This document shows positions 8,735-17,721 of a DNA stretch of 64,000 nt, one piece after another. The stretch is taken from the sequence record LC788710.1; one strand, given 5' to 3'. This DNA comes from Escherichia coli phage Wa28. Every line of letters starts with the position of its first letter. Position 1 is the stretch's first letter. The notes under the pieces are model-generated. The model worked only from the letters and a program-made list of their open reading frames with translations. It ran no database searches and had not been told where the DNA came from. A program made the position numbers and the translations under genes.

Positions 8735-9164
8735 TTAAGGCCATATCAGCGGTTTCCAGAAGAGATTCAGTAATCTCACGAGAAACTAGATATTCATCAA
8801 TTGAGTGGCGGCGTTTGCAGGCATAAGCATTAACAATCAGATCTAGAGCACCAAGAACATCATGAATAGTTACTTCTTCATCCTTGTCTAACTCTTCTTT
8901 GGTAATCTCAATTAACTGGCCAACTGCCATTAAAAGCCCAAGAATATCTGCTGTTTCGCCTGCCACCAGCGGATTAGCACATCCTACTGTAAGATCGAAA
9001 GCATGATTGACAATTGACTGCCCATCAACGCTTCCTTCCTCAATCTGCTTCTCCAACTGCTTCATCTGCTCTAGCACTGGATTTTTCTTTTGTGTCATGG
9101 TAAAGATTTCCTGTATCAGTTGGAAGGAATGCCGATTGTGCCTTCGGCGGATGTTGTTTAGCAA
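8715..9164 (-). CDS. hypothetical protein (start probably internal, about 9098)
   Basis: ORF; overlaps next ORF. Confidence 0.45.
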   Translation of the reverse strand: MLNNIRRRHNRHSFQLIQEIFTMTQKKNPVLEQMKQLEKQIEEGSVDGQSIVNHAFDLTVGCANPLVAGETADILGLLMAVGQLIEITKEELDKDEEVTIHDVLGALDLIVNAYACKRRHSIDEYLVSREITESLLETADMALNGKQLH

Positions 9165-9507
9165 TCCAGTTGAGGATCAGTACACGGCTAGGAACGATAT
9201 CGGTATTATACCAGAAATCATGAACCCAATGTCGTGCATTTTCAAACTTACCGAACTTATACGCTTTCTTGAACAGCTCAAAACCAAAACAGTCAGGTGC
9301 AAAATCTACATCACGATAAGGAATTACCTTAGATCCGGTGAGATCTTGAATCGCTGCGTTAATCTCTGTATGCGAGAACTTCGTTTCATGGAAAGTATTA
9401 AAGAAGCGGTAATTAAAACGTCCGTTCGTTTCGACAAACAACTGGATGAATAAATCATTAAATTGGCCATCAAACCAGTAATTCTGTAATCTTTGCAGTG
9501 CTGTCAT
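9040..9507 (-). CDS. hypothetical protein (155 aa)
   Basis: ORF. Confidence 0.5.
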   Translation of the reverse strand: MTALQRLQNYWFDGQFNDLFIQLFVETNGRFNYRFFNTFHETKFSHTEINAAIQDLTGSKVIPYRDVDFAPDCFGFELFKKAYKFGKFENARHWVHDFWYNTDIVPSRVLILNWIAKQHPPKAQSAFLPTDTGNLYHDTKEKSSARADEAVGEAD

Positions 9508-9704
9508 TTACGAACCCCATTTATTGCTGCGATAACGCCTTCATACATGAAAGGAAGAACTTGTGAAATGTGGAAATCTTGGACTGTCCAACCAGCTTCT
9601 TGATACATAATGTTAATGATTGCACAACTTAACATAAAAGCTGGTAGAATTATAAAGTAATCCCACGTTGCTTTCTGCAAGTTAGGGTTATAAAAATTAA
9701 TCAT
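9504..9704 (-). CDS. small membrane protein (66 aa)
   Basis: ORF, hydrophobic. Confidence 0.4.
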   Translation of the reverse strand: MINFYNPNLQKATWDYFIILPAFMLSCAIINIMYQEAGWTVQDFHISQVLPFMYEGVIAAINGVRK

Positions 9705-9804
9705 CTGTTTTTAAGTCTCCGTATTACTTTGGCCTGCTCAACGATTATGAAAGCGGCAACCACTAAACCGAAGATTAGGATTGCCGTAACAGTTGTTAAA
9801 TCAA

Positions 9805-10137
9805 TCAAGGCAGACGCCAAATATAATGGGCTGTCCAAAGTGTTTCTGGTTCATCGTCATGATGCATCACTAGGGACTCTGGAGAATAACTATTAGCCAG
9901 TTCTTTACGAACCATCTCACGTTCTTCGCCAGTTTCAATATTTTTAACAATCACTTTCATATTAAGAGGAGTTAGCTCAGAAAGTGGTCGCCATAAGTCT
10001 TCCAGATCTGTTTTAGTTTTATTCTGGATGGATTGCAAGACTTCTAGTGTCTGAGGATCTACATTAATAAACCCACGTTCAGTAACAAAACCTAGAAACT
10101 CGTCCAGCAGGGTTAATTCACTAAAATTAAGCTTCAT
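9805..10137 (-). CDS. hypothetical protein (110 aa)
   Basis: ORF. Confidence 0.5.
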   Translation of the reverse strand: MKLNFSELTLLDEFLGFVTERGFINVDPQTLEVLQSIQNKTKTDLEDLWRPLSELTPLNMKVIVKNIETGEEREMVRKELANSYSPESLVMHHDDEPETLWTAHYIWRLP

Positions 10138-10372
10138 CTTTCAGAATATCCTCGATCATGTCAGAAGATTGCTGTAGTTCGTCTACAATGCGTTTAACGT
10201 CAGTTTTTGTCACTTTACAGGCCAACATCGTGAACAGCATTGCAACGATGATGATAGGAACTGGCAGAACAAACAGTGCTACTTTAGCAACGTTCTTCGG
10301 GGTCCAGGTATGATACTTAGTAACCAGAACACCAACAATAACCAGATAAAAAGCTAAGATAATTAACATCAT
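10127..10372 (-). CDS. membrane protein (81 aa)
   Basis: ORF, two hydrophobic segments. Confidence 0.45.
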   Translation of the reverse strand: MMLIILAFYLVIVGVLVTKYHTWTPKNVAKVALFVLPVPIIIVAMLFTMLACKVTKTDVKRIVDELQQSSDMIEDILKDEA

Positions 10373-10650
10373 TTCTTAATCTCCGTGATTACCTGAGCGC
10401 GCAGGACTTTAATAGGAAGTTTAGTGTTACCAACAAGAGTTTCAATATTCGTTAGCTTTTCTTTAAGAAGATCTGAGCGTCTTTGTGCTAATTCGATATC
10501 TTCTTCCTGTTCAACGAGACGTTTAACTAGCCCATCATTGGTGAGGCGCATCCTATCCATATTTTTATTAGCATTAATAATGCCAATGATTCCACCAATT
10601 GCTGCTAAAGTCGTGAGAACCAGTAATCCAATTAAAATTTCTGTTATCAT
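10369..10650 (-). CDS. membrane-anchored coiled-coil protein (93 aa)
   Basis: ORF. Confidence 0.45.
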   Translation of the reverse strand: MITEILIGLLVLTTLAAIGGIIGIINANKNMDRMRLTNDGLVKRLVEQEEDIELAQRRSDLLKEKLTNIETLVGNTKLPIKVLRAQVITEIKK

Positions 10651-11054
10651 TTAAATACTCCATTAGCACACCACATGGATGGTGGGACTTCTTCTACATT
10701 TCCATAAAATTTGATCTTAAATAAGACACTACCTTTATTTTGGCAGAAAATCTTTCCTTCCTCTACCATAATTTTTGCTTGATTTGTGTCACCAGATCTT
10801 AAAACATCTATTACTGTAACCCCTGTAAATCTGGAGAATTGTTCATCAGCATATTCACCTTGTTGACGGTGTCTCTGCTCCATTTCCATGGCTGCTTTCT
10901 TTGCCTCTTCCCATTTATCCTTATGCTGGGTTGGGGCTTCCTTAACTTCTACTTTATCACGCTGGTTAAGCATGAAATCGGTAACACCGAGTGTGATAGC
11001 TAGAGAGACTAGGGCATTCAGCCCTAGTACAAGTAAGAATTTTCCATTAGTCAT
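10647..11054 (-). CDS. membrane-anchored protein (135 aa)
   Basis: ORF. Confidence 0.5.
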   Translation of the reverse strand: MTNGKFLLVLGLNALVSLAITLGVTDFMLNQRDKVEVKEAPTQHKDKWEEAKKAAMEMEQRHRQQGEYADEQFSRFTGVTVIDVLRSGDTNQAKIMVEEGKIFCQNKGSVLFKIKFYGNVEEVPPSMWCANGVFK

Positions 11055-11323
11055 TATTTCTTACCTTTCAGTTGCTTAACTTCACGCTCAAAAGATGCTG
11101 CACGACGTTCGGCAGTTGCCTGATGCTCTTTCGCAAAACGTGCTTCTTGTTTCGCAAGGTTGAATGCCATAGCATTCTTGTTCAGAGAATCATACATCTT
11201 TTTCATTGCCGGAATAGACATCTTCATGAGCTGACCTTCAAACCCTTGCATGTCCAACAGGATAGCCAATACGTTTGCCATTTCAGTTTTAGTCATGTTT
11301 TCCATTTGAACTTCCTCTCTCAT
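11054..11323 (-). CDS. hypothetical protein (89 aa)
   Basis: ORF directly downstream of consensus promoter. Confidence 0.5.
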   Translation of the reverse strand: MREEVQMENMTKTEMANVLAILLDMQGFEGQLMKMSIPAMKKMYDSLNKNAMAFNLAKQEARFAKEHQATAERRAASFEREVKQLKGKK

Positions 11324-11337
11324 TAATTTATAAATAT

Positions 11338-11366
11338 ATTATATAAGATTTCTGGACATTTAGCAA
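11338..11366 (-). promoter_or_regulatory. early promoter TTGCTA-17-TATAAT
   Basis: Reverse complement of plus strand. Confidence 0.65.
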
Positions 11367-11371
11367 GTAAA

Positions 11372-11902
11372 TTATTTATTTAATTCTTCTAATGCTGGAA
11401 GCAACCCGCGAAAGACTTCCTTAACTGCTAGCTCTCCGTGAAGCTCTTCCCTTAGTATATTAGCTGCTTCAACAGCTAAATTTAGATCTTGGTATCTAAA
11501 GTAGCCACCATGTACTGGAGTACTTTCAGAATTTCTGGCTTGGACTCTCCATTGCTGGAGATCTTTCTTCCAGCTAACCCCTAGATATCCAGAATTAGAT
11601 TGTGCGACTTTATTACGATTATTTTCCTGAGATGTGGCATCCTTTAGATTACACCATCTGTTATCTTTTCTTATATTATTTAAGTGATGAACTAAACCTG
11701 GGATATAACCCTCCATATACAGGAAAGCTAATCTATGGGCTGCATATCTTTTTCTGTTTATCCCGATAAATATATAACCATCTTTATCGGGACTGCCAGC
11801 GATAGCTCCAGCTTTAGCTCTACCCTTACTGACTTTCCTTATAAAGTCTCCTGTATCGGGATTATATTCAAATAGTTCTTTTAGTAGTTCTTGTGTTATC
11901 AT
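11372..11902 (-). CDS. HNH homing endonuclease with AP2-like DNA-binding domain
   Basis: HHLNNIRKDNRWCNL HNH motif; SGYLGVSW AP2-like. Confidence 0.7.
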   Translation of the reverse strand: MITQELLKELFEYNPDTGDFIRKVSKGRAKAGAIAGSPDKDGYIFIGINRKRYAAHRLAFLYMEGYIPGLVHHLNNIRKDNRWCNLKDATSQENNRNKVAQSNSGYLGVSWKKDLQQWRVQARNSESTPVHGGYFRYQDLNLAVEAANILREELHGELAVKEVFRGLLPALEELNK

Positions 11903-12334
11903 TTACCAATCGTTAACGAAACCTGAGAACTCAGAAGCAAAGACTAACTCAAATTTCTCAGCAATTTCAGGATGATCTTTACAGATCAGTTCAATGCACT
12001 TCTCAGGTTCCATACCATCTTCTTCAGGATCACCGTAATACTTGTCCCAAAGATCATCAGGAATAACTTGCTCAGCTAGATCTTGGAAGTTCACTAACTG
12101 ATAGCGTGGAGTATCCTCATTAATAAAGATCTCATGCAATTCCTCAGATACTTCTCCCTTATAATCGGAAATTAGCAGAGCATTGCAAGCAAAACATTCC
12201 CACATCATCAAACGCTCAGAAATCGGGTTCGATTTGTCTTGAACATAGGACTGAAAGACTGCCTTAAAAGTAGCTTTAACTTGCTCAAACTTATCTGCTG
12301 TTGCGATTAAAAGTGCTTTATCAATCTTTTGCAT
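11903..12334 (-). CDS. hypothetical protein (143 aa)
   Basis: ORF downstream of promoter. Confidence 0.55.
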   Translation of the reverse strand: MQKIDKALLIATADKFEQVKATFKAVFQSYVQDKSNPISERLMMWECFACNALLISDYKGEVSEELHEIFINEDTPRYQLVNFQDLAEQVIPDDLWDKYYGDPEEDGMEPEKCIELICKDHPEIAEKFELVFASEFSGFVNDW

Positions 12335-12364
12335 TTTGATTCCTTCTCATCAATTTATAAAGTA

Positions 12365-12393
12365 ATTATACAGAAAACTAAGCATTTTAGCAA
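12365..12393 (-). promoter_or_regulatory. early promoter TTGCTAA-17-TATAAT
   Basis: Motif read. Confidence 0.65.
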
Positions 12394-12399
12394 ATGAAG

Positions 12400-12428
12400 T
12401 TTTAAAATAAAAGGCCTAAGCCTAGGCC
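12400..12428 (-). terminator. rho-independent terminator (GGCCTAAGCCTAGGCC + U run on minus)
   Basis: Hairpin preceded on plus by A run. Confidence 0.6.
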
Positions 12429-12495
12429 CGTAAAGAAAGAGATAAGAACTACTATCCCTATTGCTATAAATATCTCACGAGCCATGCCATCAAAA

Positions 12496-13086
12496 TCAAA
12501 CATTGATATCTCCCCTCAATACCGCTGCCACATCTTCATCGATTTGGAGTATTTCACCAGTAGTGCAGTTAACCACTTTATCATAGCTTGTGAACTTGCC
12601 AGACACAATATCCTCTAGAGGAATAGGAGTCTTGCTCATCTCAAAAGAGACGTTGATATAACGTGGGTCACGCACAGAATTGGTGTGCACATGTCCGTGA
12701 ATGTTTAGCTTACCACGAAGTTCTGCTTCGTGCAATGGACAATGTGACAGCCAAAACTTCTTGCCACCACCTGTTTGCTTACCTAGAGCCTGAATATCAT
12801 CATAAACGTCTACAAGATCTTTAATACGCAGACCCTGACGTTCAGCATCGTGGTTGCCCATGATTAATTGGTTAGGCACATTGTAGATAACCGACTTCAA
12901 TTTAGCCAACCCTTCACGCCCCACGGCAATATCTCCTAGCAATACAAGTTTTGTACGCTTGCCAATGTGCTTGGACAAAGTATCTAGGATATATTCATCG
13001 TGCTCTTTCCTGTTCTTAAACCACGGACGGAAGCGAAGAGTTCCAGGATGGTCTAGGTGCAAATCCGACCAGAATTTAACTTTCAT
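12496..13086 (-). CDS. calcineurin-like metallophosphoesterase
   Basis: SDLHLD, GDIAVG, GNHD motifs. Confidence 0.7.
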   Translation of the reverse strand: MKVKFWSDLHLDHPGTLRFRPWFKNRKEHDEYILDTLSKHIGKRTKLVLLGDIAVGREGLAKLKSVIYNVPNQLIMGNHDAERQGLRIKDLVDVYDDIQALGKQTGGGKKFWLSHCPLHEAELRGKLNIHGHVHTNSVRDPRYINVSFEMSKTPIPLEDIVSGKFTSYDKVVNCTTGEILQIDEDVAAVLRGDINV

Positions 13087-13292
13087 TACTTATTCCTTAC
13101 ACAAGTTGAGGTAATAGTATAACTATCGTAGAATATACCTTTTGTGAGTCCAATTTGGATGCTGGAATTATCCAGCTTACCTCCAGCTACGTCACACAAG
13201 TGTCTAGTATCTTCTGCGGTGAATCTCATACTATTATCATAAGGATCACATCCAGCTAGTATTAGTACTGATACTAGTAGTAATCTCTTCAT
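13086..13292 (-). CDS. putative lipoprotein (68 aa)
   Basis: Signal peptide with LAGC lipobox. Confidence 0.5.
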   Translation of the reverse strand: MKRLLLVSVLILAGCDPYDNSMRFTAEDTRHLCDVAGGKLDNSSIQIGLTKGIFYDSYTITSTCVRNK

Positions 13293-13660
13293 TACAGAAC
13301 TTCCTCCGCATATTTATTCCAACCCTGACAATAACTACTAATACCACGAAGTTTGAATATTTCATCATAAACCTCATGGTGCTCTTTTGCTTCTTGATAT
13401 CCTTTGTCAAGTTCTTCTTGTCGTGCTTGCTCAAAATCAACACGATTCTCTAGCATTTTCCAGACTTTTTCATACTCTGGCCAGTCATGCTCTACCACAA
13501 CGGTTTTGAGATCCTCTTTTCCACGTTGTGCTCGACTATACCACAGTTTGGATAAGATATGTTCCAAAGTGGTAAAGTTGCTTTGAGTGATATGCCCTAA
13601 TTCTAGGGCTTTCTCAATATCAGACAACTTTATAACTACATAACGTTCTTCACGTTCCAT
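13292..13660 (-). CDS. hypothetical protein (122 aa)
   Basis: ORF. Confidence 0.55.
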   Translation of the reverse strand: MEREERYVVIKLSDIEKALELGHITQSNFTTLEHILSKLWYSRAQRGKEDLKTVVVEHDWPEYEKVWKMLENRVDFEQARQEELDKGYQEAKEHHEVYDEIFKLRGISSYCQGWNKYAEEVL

Positions 13661-14523
13661 TATAGAATCCTCTGTACACCACAGCTATCATTTTTATCTG
13701 TGGTAAATGTCAAGATCTTACCAGCTTCATCATTAACTTGCGCAACCGTCAACTGCCCGTTGAAAACACCGCCAGTATCGAGATAAACACGGTTCTTGTA
13801 CAGAATTGGGTAAGGAACACCAGTGTGGCCATGGAATACGAAATCTACACTTTCAACTTCTGGCACTTCCACAGTCAGTTCATCTTTAAATCCTGCATAA
13901 CGCTGGAAATAGGGGTGCTCTGCACCTTGCTTAGACAGATGAAAACCAATTTCCTGAATTACATCACGATCCCATAGATATGGCTCAATGTAATAACTAG
14001 GATGATCATTAGGATCATTTTCACTTGCAGCGATATGATCAATAATATCATCCCAATTAGGTGTATGTACATCGAATCCCGCATCTTTATACTGGAATGG
14101 TATTCCACCATGAACAACACCATATTTCTTGCCACGATGGAGTACAGTCATGAATACTGGCATTTTAACTGCCATATCTTCTGCGATACCTTTAATTGTA
14201 TCGGTATCTAGATCATTCATTGCCCACATTCCACCATTATACATCCAGTTGGCGTAGTCACCAGCAATCATAAACTGATCATGGTTGCCACGAACGCTGC
14301 GGAAGCGTGGGTTATATAAGAATTTGGCTAGAACCTGTAAGTTCTGCGGGCCACGGTCAATTAAGTCGCCAACACAGACAACATAGTCACGCTTCTCTTT
14401 ATATCCTGCTAGTTTAAGAGCATCTTCCAGCATATCATTACAGCCGTGAATATCTCCTACGAAGAACAGGTTAACATCGTCTGGTACTACTAACATTTCA
14501 TGCAGGTTAAATTCTTTTTTCAT
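13660..14523 (-). CDS. Ser/Thr protein phosphatase (PPP family)
   Basis: GDIHG, GDLIDRG, GNHD motifs. Confidence 0.8.
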   Translation of the reverse strand: MKKEFNLHEMLVVPDDVNLFFVGDIHGCNDMLEDALKLAGYKEKRDYVVCVGDLIDRGPQNLQVLAKFLYNPRFRSVRGNHDQFMIAGDYANWMYNGGMWAMNDLDTDTIKGIAEDMAVKMPVFMTVLHRGKKYGVVHGGIPFQYKDAGFDVHTPNWDDIIDHIAASENDPNDHPSYYIEPYLWDRDVIQEIGFHLSKQGAEHPYFQRYAGFKDELTVEVPEVESVDFVFHGHTGVPYPILYKNRVYLDTGGVFNGQLTVAQVNDEAGKILTFTTDKNDSCGVQRIL

Positions 14524-14554
14524 TATCTGGTTCCTTTCTCAAGTTTATAGGTAT

Positions 14555-14583
14555 ATTATATCAAAATTTTAAGCGTTTAGCAA
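14555..14583 (-). promoter_or_regulatory. early promoter TTGCTAA-17-TATAAT
   Basis: Motif read. Confidence 0.65.
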
Positions 14584-14586
14584 ATA

Positions 14587-14617
14587 AAGAAAAACCCAGA
14601 TCAGCTAAGATCTGGGT
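14587..14617 (-). terminator. rho-independent terminator (CCCAGATC..GATCTGGG)
   Basis: Hairpin with flanking A/T runs. Confidence 0.65.
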
Positions 14618-14625
14618 TGGATTTA

Positions 14626-14916
14626 TTAATCTTCTGGATTATCTTCCAGGAAGTTTTTGATTGCATCGTGCATAGTTTCCTTACGAAGCTGACGACCAAT
14701 CAGAATGTGGTTGGCTTCCACACGACCATTCGGTAGACGATCTGCTAGAACTACTACAGGAACTTGTCTAACACCGAACTTCTGCATAAGTTCTGTATTA
14801 TCAGTCTCTTTATGAACTTCTAGACTGTAGCCCTGTACTACTTTATCGAATACAGGCTCGAAAAGTTTACATGGGTTGCAAGTGGAACCTTTTAATAGAT
14901 ATATTAATTTACTCAT
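14626..14916 (-). CDS. thioredoxin/glutaredoxin-like protein
   Basis: CNPC redox motif, 96 aa. Confidence 0.6.
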   Translation of the reverse strand: MSKLIYLLKGSTCNPCKLFEPVFDKVVQGYSLEVHKETDNTELMQKFGVRQVPVVVLADRLPNGRVEANHILIGRQLRKETMHDAIKNFLEDNPED

Positions 14917-15319
14917 GTTTATTAATGGCCTCCAAAAAGCCTTTCATTACCTTGACAGTTGCAGTGCTAAGATCTAAGGTAGCACCTAAGCACTCGGATA
15001 CAGCAGCTTGATAAGGGGCTTTTAGCCTGCCTTCCGGTACTTGTACTTTCTTATAGGTTTTCTTCTTGACTTTATCCAGCATCGTTTCAAGAACATTGAG
15101 AGGCAACTTCTGACCTTCAATATTCACGCCAAGCTCTTCCATTAGCATGGTATTTAAGTCAATACGAGTAAGTTTCTTGCCCTTGCTAGACATACGAATT
15201 CCCGCCTTTTTCTCAAGTTTTGCACGCTCTGGTGAATCGAGGTCACGTAATGCGATGTTCAATTCATACGGAGCCATATTGTAATGGTTAGCCATCTGAG
15301 TATAGTAACGATCTGACAT
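14909..15319 (-). CDS. hypothetical protein (136 aa)
   Basis: ORF. Confidence 0.55.
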   Translation of the reverse strand: MSDRYYTQMANHYNMAPYELNIALRDLDSPERAKLEKKAGIRMSSKGKKLTRIDLNTMLMEELGVNIEGQKLPLNVLETMLDKVKKKTYKKVQVPEGRLKAPYQAAVSECLGATLDLSTATVKVMKGFLEAINKHE

Positions 15320-15352
15320 TTGTGAAACTCCTCTGATTCAATTTATATAAAT

Positions 15353-15381
15353 ATTATATAAAAATTTCAGCGGAAAGTCAA
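15353..15381 (-). promoter_or_regulatory. early promoter TTGACT-17-TATAAT
   Basis: Motif read. Confidence 0.6.
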
Positions 15382-15394
15382 CTACTTTTTTATA

Positions 15395-15811
15395 TTAGTG
15401 TGCTTGATGTGGGAATCTCTTCCTAACTAAGTACATAGTTATTGGATATATTGAATACATAAGTATAGGGGAGAAAAGGGTGAAATAAGCCGTGACTCCC
15501 CCAGCTAACATTAGTGGTATCAATGCTAGAGTAAGGGCCATAAGAATCATACCGAATGAGACAGCCAGGGCTACTGTGATGCAGTTCTCTAACTCCATCC
15601 AAAGCCAACAATATTTCGTATTCCTCTGGCAGTTGCATTTGCAAACGCCGAATGTGCCCATAATTATATACTCTAGCCCATGAACGACTTTCTTTAATGT
15701 ATCATTTTGGGTAACTAGTGCGACAACAGTGAGAATTATCATTAAGATGAAAATTACTAGGCTTATTTTCCATATTCCTAGTAATATCATGGTGAATAGT
15801 TCTGCAAACAT
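15395..15811 (-). CDS. multi-pass membrane protein (138 aa)
   Basis: ORF, 3-4 hydrophobic segments. Confidence 0.5.
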   Translation of the reverse strand: MFAELFTMILLGIWKISLVIFILMIILTVVALVTQNDTLKKVVHGLEYIIMGTFGVCKCNCQRNTKYCWLWMELENCITVALAVSFGMILMALTLALIPLMLAGGVTAYFTLFSPILMYSIYPITMYLVRKRFPHQAH

Positions 15812-15850
15812 GGCTTTCTCCTATCATTAAGTTTTTAAAGCCCCCTTTGC

Positions 15851-15876
15851 TTTAAAAGGCGGGAATTACCCCGCCT
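15851..15876 (-). terminator. rho-independent terminator (GGCGGG..CCCGCC)
   Basis: Hairpin with A run on plus. Confidence 0.55.
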
Positions 15877-15886
15877 TGATTTATTA

Positions 15887-16300
15887 TCAGACTAATTCTA
15901 CGTGACCACCGTCGTAAGTACCACGATCGATCTCATCATGATAATCACCAGAACTATTCCAGTCGGCACCAAAACGAAGTTTGACACCAAGTTCCTTACC
16001 GGCTTGTTCAAAAGCCTTCTTAACAGCCCAAAATGCTTCCAGATCTTTCCAATCAATCTTTCCATTAATATATGGTGCAAAATCGATAGCGTCTCCAGTT
16101 ACATGCTTACTCTTGCTAGGGTCTTTCAAAAATGAAGTACCATTAGCAATGTTTTGGGCACTTTGTGCTACTGTACGAATACCCTGTACGATTGTGAAAT
16201 CATATGGAGATAATTCTAAAGCCCTACGAGCTACCTTTTGTAGCTCGGGCTTAACAGTTGCTAATTGTTTTTCGCTATTTTTACCAAATTTAAAACTCAT
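15887..16300 (-). CDS. lys: endolysin, L-alanyl-D-glutamate peptidase (M15-like), 137 aa
   Basis: Near-identical to remembered T5 endolysin N-terminus MSFKFGKNSEKQLATVKPELQK. Confidence 0.85.
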   Translation of the reverse strand: MSFKFGKNSEKQLATVKPELQKVARRALELSPYDFTIVQGIRTVAQSAQNIANGTSFLKDPSKSKHVTGDAIDFAPYINGKIDWKDLEAFWAVKKAFEQAGKELGVKLRFGADWNSSGDYHDEIDRGTYDGGHVELV

Positions 16301-16953
16301 ATAGATCTACCTAATGATCTCCGTTGTGGGGAACAGAGCTTTGCTAAGTACTCATTAAATTGTTCCGAATCAGCTGTATCTACGGGTTTATCCTTCCATG
16401 CAATACCTATGTATCCAGCATAGATATTATTTAGGTTGAAATATGGACAAGTGTAGACGTAATTAAAAGTAATGTTCTTAAATGCTGGTATATTTGACCC
16501 TGTATATTTATTTACTTTTACACTTAAATCCGCAGCGTAGTTAAAGCCTTCCAGGTGACGTCTATAAAGTTCAGACGTCTTATTTACTGCTTTATCGGCC
16601 AAGTCAGCCCTATCCAATTGCGCATTGCTTTCCCATGCAATAATGTTTGAATAATCATTTATAGCATCTGGTTTATACTTTACTACAAAAACGGCATCCG
16701 CACCAGTCTGGGAGAAAAGAACCATACTCTTTTCTCGTGCTACATTAGGAAAGTTATCTATCCTTTGGGTTTGAACATCCTGTAAAACCGAAGACGTGGA
16801 GAAAGTCTTTAAAAATGACATCACCTCGCTAGTGTTACTTACAAACAAGAAAATAATGACAGCAACTAAGATAGTTAGCAGACGTTTTAGTAGTGAAGCT
16901 GGATCTTTCGCTTCTTGTAGCAGTATCGTTAATAGTTGTATAAACTTTTCCAC
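16297..16953 (-). CDS. putative holin (218 aa, single TM)
   Basis: Directly upstream of endolysin with overlapping stop/start; one TM segment. Confidence 0.5.
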   Translation of the reverse strand: MEKFIQLLTILLQEAKDPASLLKRLLTILVAVIIFLFVSNTSEVMSFLKTFSTSSVLQDVQTQRIDNFPNVAREKSMVLFSQTGADAVFVVKYKPDAINDYSNIIAWESNAQLDRADLADKAVNKTSELYRRHLEGFNYAADLSVKVNKYTGSNIPAFKNITFNYVYTCPYFNLNNIYAGYIGIAWKDKPVDTADSEQFNEYLAKLCSPQRRSLGRSI

Positions 16954-17068
16954 TTGTAACCTCCTCTAACCACTACCATTATACTAATTCTAGAGTAAAA
17001 TTACAATGTGTTTTTTAAGATCACTTCTGGAGCACAATTTTTTGTCGTTGTCAAGAAGAATTTTAGGC

Positions 17069-17100
17069 AAAAGAAAAGCCAGAGTCGTTAAACTCTGGCT
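17069..17100 (-). terminator. rho-independent terminator (GCCAGAGT..ACTCTGGC)
   Basis: Hairpin preceded by A run on plus. Confidence 0.65.
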
Positions 17101-17109
17101 TAAAACTAC

Positions 17110-17709
17110 TTACACTTCTCCATGTTCTTCTGGATGCGGGGCTTGAGCTTTACTACACTGCTCTTTACGATAATTCGCCAAAATTTCAATACGCTTATTG
17201 ATTTCTTTGCTGTTGAGATAGATATTCTTATTCTCTTTTACCATGTCCTCGATTTCGTCGACAGAGAAGAACGGAAAGTAAATATCTAGCATCATATCTT
17301 CTACAAACTGGTTGTAGGATTCATATGCTTTCTTGATTTCTTGACCTTTCTCGCAGAATCCGCCAGAGAACGTATGTCCCATAAGCGTAGCATGTGGATG
17401 TACAACCCAACCGTGGCAAGATAGGAAGATTGTGCAGTAAGCAGAAGCACTAGGACCGAGTAGGTGTCCAATAACAGTTCCACGACAGTTAGCGATTAGG
17501 TTAGATAGTTGTGCAGCAGTATCAACGTAACCACCCGGCCCATTAATCATCAGATTAATTTCATCATCTTCACCAGCCTGCATCAGTATCATGGATAGGT
17601 CACGATACTCATCCGGTGAGCCTAATTCTTCATCAAAGAAAAAGGTATATTCGTTAGATTGGCGAACAGTGTGAAACAGGTTAGTCTTTTCTTCTTTCTT
17701 GTTAGTCAT
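17110..17709 (-). CDS. ClpP-like serine peptidase
   Basis: NGPGG and GPSASA / MGHTFSGG motifs resembling ClpP. Confidence 0.6.
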   Translation of the reverse strand: MTNKKEEKTNLFHTVRQSNEYTFFFDEELGSPDEYRDLSMILMQAGEDDEINLMINGPGGYVDTAAQLSNLIANCRGTVIGHLLGPSASAYCTIFLSCHGWVVHPHATLMGHTFSGGFCEKGQEIKKAYESYNQFVEDMMLDIYFPFFSVDEIEDMVKENKNIYLNSKEINKRIEILANYRKEQCSKAQAPHPEEHGEV

Positions 17710-17721
17710 AGTGATCCTTAA

